Shown in pieces: positions 56,611 to 64,000 of a stretch of DNA of 64,000 nucleotides. Each line of letters opens with the position of its first letter. The first letter of the stretch is position 1. The stretch is from Adineta vaga (Eukaryota; Animalia; Rotifera): NCBI GenBank assembly GCA_021613535.1, contig CP075495.1:7502001-7566000 (forward strand). The letters run 5' to 3'. The position numbers were made by a program, and so were the translations under genes. Below the pieces are notes generated by a model. That model searched no databases. It saw nothing but the letters and a program-made list of their open reading frames with translations, and was not told the origin of the DNA.

Positions 56611-59536
56611 TTACGAAGTCGTAGGTTGAAATCGTTGCATATAATAATGACAATTAGAACAATAAGTTCCAATTTGATTATTTTTCGAACAACGTTTATG
56701 ACAAAGTGTACATTCACTTAAACCAATTGGAATATCGATGTCATTCGACGATGAAGGTGTATCAGAATCTGAATCATATTGAGTTGCTGTTTGTTGTTGT
56801 TGTTGTTGTTGCTGAATTTTTCTTAGAAAAGAATGAATTAAATGTTCTGATGGTGGTTCTTCTGTATCGTTCGATGTTGGTACGATCAATGCTACATTAT
56901 CAGAAAATTTTACATTCTTCTTCGGACGCGTTGTTTTCGTTGTCGATGACAGGATTGAAATTGTTTTTGAAAGATTATTATCATAAAAATTTTCAGTCTT
57001 GTTTACAGTTTTATCAACAGGTTTAAACGTCGATATTGACGAAGATAATCGTGATAAATGTTCTTGTTCATCAAGTTGCCGTTTTTGTAATGAACGTATT
57101 CGTAATAATAAACTGTTCTTCTTTGTTCGAGCATAGATTGCTATGCCATTATCATGTTGATGATGACTGAGATTAAGAATTTGTTCGACAAGTATCAAAG
57201 CTTGTTGACAAGATTCAATTGCAGATGAATAATGACTTGCACTTTCACGTTTCACAGATTCTTCAAAGAAATGTTCAATTGTTGCATAGGAAATATCAAG
57301 ATGATGATCATCATCTAAATAAAACAAAAAAATTTTAGATTTAAAAGAACATAATGAAGGCTTTTGTTCGAACTGCTTAAACATAAAACTGATGACCCTC
57401 ACTTAACCTGTAATTTAGAGAAGTTTAGAAAAGACTTTTACCGAACAATGGTAGAACTGATTAAGATTGAAGAATTATCATTTCGAAGGGAAGGGCGTTA
57501 CCTTCACAAACGTTCATTCATTTGAATACAATACATTGTACGAAAAGTATTATCGATACTTAATGTTCAAAAAAACGACCATAAAAAAGAAACAATTTCT
57601 TCTCTCGTAACAAATGTATTCATATTTCGTAATTGACTTATAGTTTTTGTTATTGGCTAAAAATGAATCGATTCTACTCTATTATCAAAGATTAGAATAA
57701 TGTATGTGGATTGTAAACGTCTAGTTCTTCTTCTTCTTCTGCTTCATTTAGGTTTTCATTTTTGCTTACTCATCGTTCGTTCTGTTTGTTTAGTTAAACC
57801 ATCAATAACTGTTTGTTCATGTTCACTTAAACTGTCTCTTGGACTTCCATCACTTGATTCATCATTCATACCACTACTTAAACCAGAATCACGAGATGAA
57901 TCTCCACTTGATGATGTATCTTCACGTGTTGATTGTATTAGTGGATCAGTTCGATGTCGAACATGTACAATGGGTGATGATGCTGTTGATGATGATATTG
58001 ATGTTGTATCTGATAATGTTTCTTTCTTCAATAATTGTTGTTGCATGACTTTAACAACTGTTTCTTGATTAATATAGGATGTATTAATAGTTGGTTTAGG
58101 CATAAATAACATCGAAGAATTTAATGTTGCAAATGATGATATTTTTTGAAGATTTTCGACTGAATGTGATTGATGTTGAAATTGATCTTGTTTTGTTATT
58201 TGTGGAGATTTTTTATTGTTTAATACCATAGTTTGTTCTAATCTTCTTTCGTCAGGTATAACTACAAATATAAGACGTAATCGATCGATGTTATTTTATA
58301 ATCATGGGTAATAAATGACACAAAAAGAAAACGAAAGGGAAAAGAAAGAGGGAAAGAGAAAAAAGAACGAGACGTATACATTTGTCGTTCATCAATGTTC
58401 CTATTTATTTTCTTCCTTTCTCATCTTATACACTCGAACGGAGGTAGCCACAACATAGATACTCATCATAGAACAAAAGTAATCACCAGGCGAGGCCTAC
58501 AATCAATTGTAATTGTGTAGACAGAATAGCCTGTCTTAGTCATGATGCAATATATATATATATATATTGAATAAAAGAAATTGAATAATACATCTATTGA
58601 AGTCTTTCTCTCATTAAATTGACTTACAATGATTATTTTTAGTTTGAATCACCGTTCGTTTAAGTAATTGACTGATATCTACAGGATCACGATCAGGATT
58701 GGCATAGATCAGAAGGAATGGTTGTAAATGAAAGTCAATACATTTTCGTTGAACAGCATTCCAATCAGCTGAAACAACAATATTTCCATCGAAACAAAAC
58801 AACCATTTTGATGTCGTTGGATCATATGAAAAAAAAACTTCAACATTCCCACCATAAAAACAAATTAAACCAATTAGATTCAATTGTTTAATACGAGCTT
58901 CATTTATTGTCACATCATAAAATAACTAGAAAAAAAAAATTTGATGATTTAAAATGACTTCTTCATCAACTTACTTCACGAAGATAAACGAATGAATCAA
59001 TTGTTGAAACTAGATCTTCTACATCACTTGTCGTACAAGGAGAAGTATTCCAATCAATAGCAACAGAAACTATGAATCAGAAAATAAATATTAGAATGAT
59101 AGATTATTTGAAGATTCTTTCATACTTAAATCTGGAATATTTGCTAATAATAAAACATTTCGTTGTTGTTGATTACAATTATTTAATGGACAAAGTTGAC
59201 GATCAACTTCCGATCGACTAATCGATGCTAGATGCAAAAGCTGACCAAAGGATTTCGATAAACGTTTTGTTTCGATTTGTTGTATTAAATGACTAGTAAA
59301 ATCAAAGACTCTCATCATTTCTTATCGAAAGCTTAACATCTACTTACCATAAGATAGTTGCATCAACTTGATAAACTGGTCGTGTAAATATCATGGTATT
59401 ATCAATACTTTGTTGTTGTTGATGAGAAAGGCAATGAACATTGCCACATCGACGCTAGGTAAACAGACAAATATGATTAAAATTCAATAGATCGGGAGAA
59501 AAAAAAGATATAACATACCACTTGAATCAGATTCAT
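56611..59536 (-). CDS. USP53/USP54 (echinus)-like protein with degenerate, apparently N-truncated USP domain, MIT-like helices and C-terminal Cys cluster
   Basis: LIGLICFYGG..FFSYDPTTSKWLFCFD..WNAVQRKCIDFHLQPFLLIYANP and FGQLLHLAS..CPLNNC resemble USP53/54; start and internal exons uncertain. Confidence 0.7.
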
Positions 59537-61337
59537 TTACAGAGCATTATCATTAAGAAAAACAAGATCTAAAAGAAGATAAAAAAATGTAATCATCATT
59601 CTTTCAGAGTTTCTCTCTCTTTTTTTTATCAAATTTTCATCCTGACTAGTACAACTAAATCAACATATATGTATACGGTATATCACCCGTGCATTTAATC
59701 GGAGAACAGAACGACTCATCCGTAGGCAAAGGTTAACATCGGTTGACCGTCGATGCTCAACCATTTTTTTCTTCTTCTGCTTCTTCTTCGTTGTGTTCTT
59801 ACCTTCGAATAATATGCAGGTATGTGCACGAATGTATGAATATCGAGAAAGAAAAGAAAAGCAAATCAGAGAGAGAGAGAGAACGAAAGAGAATAGAAAA
59901 AGAGACAATTTTGAAAGCAAGCCAAGAAAAATATGACCAAAACAAGAGAAAGTATATGTCACTCTCTTGATCAAATATTGAACACATACAATGTGGACGA
60001 GAACGGACATTGTTCAGGTGTATATACATATGCACTTTCCTTTTCCCGTTATTATTATTATTATCATTGAATTGCTTCAAAGAGAAAGGTGTAAATTATA
60101 CGCATGAAGAAGCCGAAAAGAACTAATTACTCAGCAGCTTCTGCCGAGATTGAATTTCAAAGCATGGAAAATTTCTTTAGTTAACAAATAACAAATACTT
60201 GAGATTTGCTTAAAATGAGTTTTATGTACTGAGATAATTCTATTACTAAGTATGATTTATGTATTGGAATATCTTCTCACCTGCAGTGTTAAATGTTCAT
60301 TTTCAAGTATGCCATCGATGAGCTAAGAATTGATTAACAATGTGTGTATGAGAGGATTCTCTAGTGAAAATTCTTGTACACTTCTTGACATTCATCTAAT
60401 GATGTGTCAAAACGAATAAGCATGCTTAGGTGAAGTTCAAGTTTTCGTTATAGTGTGTAAACCGCGTCATGCAGGGAGGGAGGGAGTAGAGAATAGAGAA
60501 TAGAGAAGAGATGTTGATTCAATCACAAAAAAACAGCATATACACATGTCAAGATTGATAGCATTCTGTAACAGGAGTGTCAGCAATAACAATAGCTAGG
60601 AGGTCTGATAAAGAACTATTATATAAGAATATAATAATAATAATAAACGTTTGTATTGAATAGCAGTTAGTCTAGCTGTCTATCTGTACATAGATTTAAT
60701 TCGTTTGAACTATTCAATACATATTTATGTTCGATTAGAGGAGAAGAAGAAGAAGTAAAAAGAGAAGGAGAAAATGGACTAGTAGAGATTTATTTGAGAA
60801 TAAAGAACAAGAGAAAAAAACGAGCGTGAAATCGTATACTGAATGAACAATTTTCAATTGAATATCCATCTACTTCAATAGAATATACAAAATGTGAAAC
60901 CTCATTGTATACATTCATAGGCGAATCAATGGAGAAAAAACACGAAATCGTCAGAGAGCTAATCCCAGCTTGTGTGCTTAGGTCGGATTTCTTCCTACTT
61001 TCTTCATATATATATATCTAACTATCTCTACAGCAGAATGATTTCAAGGACAACAAATGTACAATTGTGTAATATACTCATTGATCAATAGATGAACTCT
61101 AATGTAGAAATAAAAAGAAAATTGCTCGATTGATGAAGTGTACTAAATAGAATAAGGAGAAGTAGAAGAGAAAAAAGGTGAAAGTAGAATAAAATATATA
61201 CATACAAAAATTGACCTCTATTCATTATTCATTCATCATATTCATGTGCATCAGAACATGTGTACGAATGTCATTGAATATGATGAGATGTCCATATGAG
61301 TAACGGCATCAAGATGTACATGAGGAAAAAACGATTC

Positions 61338-61338
<1 letters not shown>

Positions 61339-61370
<32 letters not shown>
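61339..61370. repeat. (GT)16 microsatellite
   Basis: Seen directly. Confidence 0.95.
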
Positions 61371-61374
<4 letters not shown>

Positions 61375-62782
61375 ATATTGATCGGATTGACTGGAAAATT
61401 GACAATGAGTTTGTACGAGGTCAATCGATAATGATAGATGAATGATATTAGAAAGAACGAAGAGTATCAGAATATTATGCACTGTTCAATGAACTCAAGA
61501 GATATTTCTTTTCATTGTTTATGTCTAGAAAAAATTCATCAGATTTCATATGTGCATTTTTAATCATGGATTGTTTATTTCTTTCGATATTGATTTGTTT
61601 TGAAACATACTTGTCTATTCTATTGATTAACAATCAGCAGACTATTCCTCATAAGTAACGGTGTTGGTATGGATCATAATAATAAAAAGATATCTTCAAT
61701 GTACTATGTTACTGTTTGATGTCATGGTTAGATAGCGTTATTTTCTTCTCTTTTTCACAAGTAAGTGAATTGATTTATCGAACAATAAGAAATATTTCCC
61801 ATGATAAACTAATCCGTGAATAAATAGTTTAAATGAAACTGATGAGCATGTGTCAAATTATTTGATCTTCTCTTGAAGATAGAAAACAGTTCGATTAGAA
61901 TCCATCTTAATCAACAAAAAAGAAAATGTCGAACTAATAGTGACAGGAACACTATTAGTTCAAGTAGATGAAAGTAACAAGTGCAAAAATTCATTTCCTT
62001 TTGTCAATTTCGAAAGGTGATAATCAAGCAGAAATTCTTATTAAATAGAACAATCTTCTAATCATATCATTATTCAAAATTCATCGATATCTATGTCAAG
62101 AACATGCTTGTCTGTAGAACATAGATATGGATATAACATTCATTGACCTATATATACATGAAATATAGAATCGAACAATGTATGGCGTAATCATTATTGT
62201 GATAACGATGTTATTGCACTATTGTTCCACTTGGATTAGAAAACAGATTTGTACAATAGAATGAATATTATCAAACAATCTAAATGATAGTAGTTATTAC
62301 GTGCCTGTTTGACCCATCTTTTTCTTCTCTTTTTTGATAAGCAATCTTGTTTATGTATTGATATAGATATAGAATATATATTAATCTATGATTCAAGTTG
62401 AAAATCAGTAACATTTTCAACATATTTGTGATCGATTCTAAAAAAAGCTTTTCTTCAAATTGAGATTGTGATATAATTGTAAATCATACTTATGTACACA
62501 AATATTTTAAGTATTTGACATGTTTTGATTGCATCAGATACTGAATGAGTATTCACTCTCTCTCTCTCCCTATGATGAAATTTCTATTGAAATACTTTTC
62601 GATGTTTATCGAATATGTATGCAAGTATATTTTATATTTCCATCATCAAAAACCAAAAAGAAAAAAGAAATTCCCGTATATACACAAAATAACTGCACAA
62701 ACTTCATTAAAGAAAATTATTAATCATTGTTGAAATGAGAAACAAACAATAACAAAAACAAGAAGAAGTAGAAAGTATGAAA

Positions 62783-64000
62783 TCATGTTCGTCGATAGCA
62801 TGCTCGCACCCACTGTTGATCATCATGTTGTATACGTACAATTAATTCACGTAATTCAGTATATGTTCGTTCGAGATCATTATTAATTAAAATAGAATCA
62901 AATAATAAATAATGATGTCTTTCAATGGATCGACTTTGTCGTATTATTTCTCGATAATCATTATCAGTCAAATGATCACGACGATCTAATTCTAAACGTT
63001 TTAAACGTTCAAACGATGGAGCAGCAATACAGATGATAAATGGATAGAGATCTGTCTTATAAAATGTTCGTATTGCATCTGGATTTAAATTTAATATACA
63101 AATTTTTTGTTTTGCTGAAACAACATGACGAATATCATCGATAGATGTGCCATATAAATCTCGATCATATTGACCAAATTCGACAAATGCATGATTTGCA
63201 ACTTTAGAGAGAAAATCAGTTTCTGATACAAAATGATAATCAATATCAGTTATTTCATGAAGACGACGAGTACGTGTCGTATGTGGAATGGCAACATCGA
63301 AAAGATTTGGTTCAGTTTGAAGAAGACGACGACGTAATTCATGTCGACCAACATTCGGAGCACCTAGAATAAATATTCGTTTAGTATTCTTATAAAATTC
63401 AGAAGAATGTAGATGAATTTCTATTTTATTCACTTACCTAATAGAACAATTGGCCGTGTCATTTGATGTGTGGAAAGATCAAGATGAAAGACAGGTTCAT
63501 AGAAACGAAATGTATCTAATATCGATAAATCAGGAGTCATGTCTTTATTATCATTTATAAATGCTTCATTTGTCTGTGATGGTGGTGATGATGTTGATGG
63601 TTGTTCTTCTCCGATTTGTCGAGTATCTGTTAATGAAAAATGATTAATCGATGGTCGAATTGTTGGTGTTTCGTGATCATCAATTTCACGTAAAAATGAT
63701 GCATTATTATAAACAGGATGTAAAATCTTTCTTTCTTTCTTTGGTACACAAGGAAGACACAATTCATGTTTTTTCTTTTTTCGATTCTTTTGACAAAATA
63801 TGGAGGTTGAAGTTCTTGATGATATTGATTCTGTTTCATCACTAACAGCTTTAATTAATGCTGTACGTTTCTGTTGTAAACCATCGGATGGTACAAGACC
63901 TGCTAAACATGGATCTGTATCTGTCTCTGTGGAATTTTCACGATAAGCTTGCCACCAACTAACTGAAGATTCATGGGATTTGAGGAAATTTTCTTCACGT
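62783..64000 (-). CDS. p55/MPP-family MAGUK (PALS1/stardust-like), 3' part: SH3-HOOK-guanylate kinase
   Basis: WWQAYRE...LAGLVPS (SH3), RPIVLLGAPNVGRHELRRRL, PHTTR, DYHFVS, EFGQY..LYGTS. Confidence 0.88.

Noticed and set aside
59660-60080. Overlapping 75-116 aa ORFs on both strands
   Set aside because: Low-complexity AG/CT-rich intronic or UTR sequence of the USP-like gene.

Overview
This is AT-rich eukaryotic (animal) DNA with about 24 compact genes broken by ~50-70 nt GT-AG introns. The composition, tiny introns and one intronless bacterial-type gene suggest a bdelloid rotifer (inference). Genes recognised: two peptide-type GPCRs, a PTC7-type PP2C, an FAD-dependent monooxygenase (frameshifted, probably horizontally acquired), a CBF-beta homolog with a long disordered tail, a 3-LIM protein, RBM24/38, an Ig-domain membrane protein, a RASD-like GTPase, ATP synthase subunit f, two near-identical inverted actins, DRG2, CLC-7, a non-catalytic esterase/neuroligin-like protein, C1orf50/DUF2452, ACBD6, stomatin, a small TQT-motif protein, a truncated USP53/54-like protein and the 3' part of a PALS1/MPP-type MAGUK. 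The most notable observations are: (i) two gene pairs (DRG2-CLCN7 and C1orf50-ACBD6) with 71-87 nt spacers holding a polyA signal, a U-rich tract and an unpaired splice acceptor, i.e. operon-like, trans-splice-resolved architecture; (ii) actin paralogs homogenised from ATG to stop, introns included, as an inverted repeat around a 20.5 kb segment; (iii) the foreign monooxygenase head-to-head with CBF-beta. I found no rRNA, tRNA, CRISPR array or intact transposon. All family calls are by eye from remembered motifs; no searches were run.
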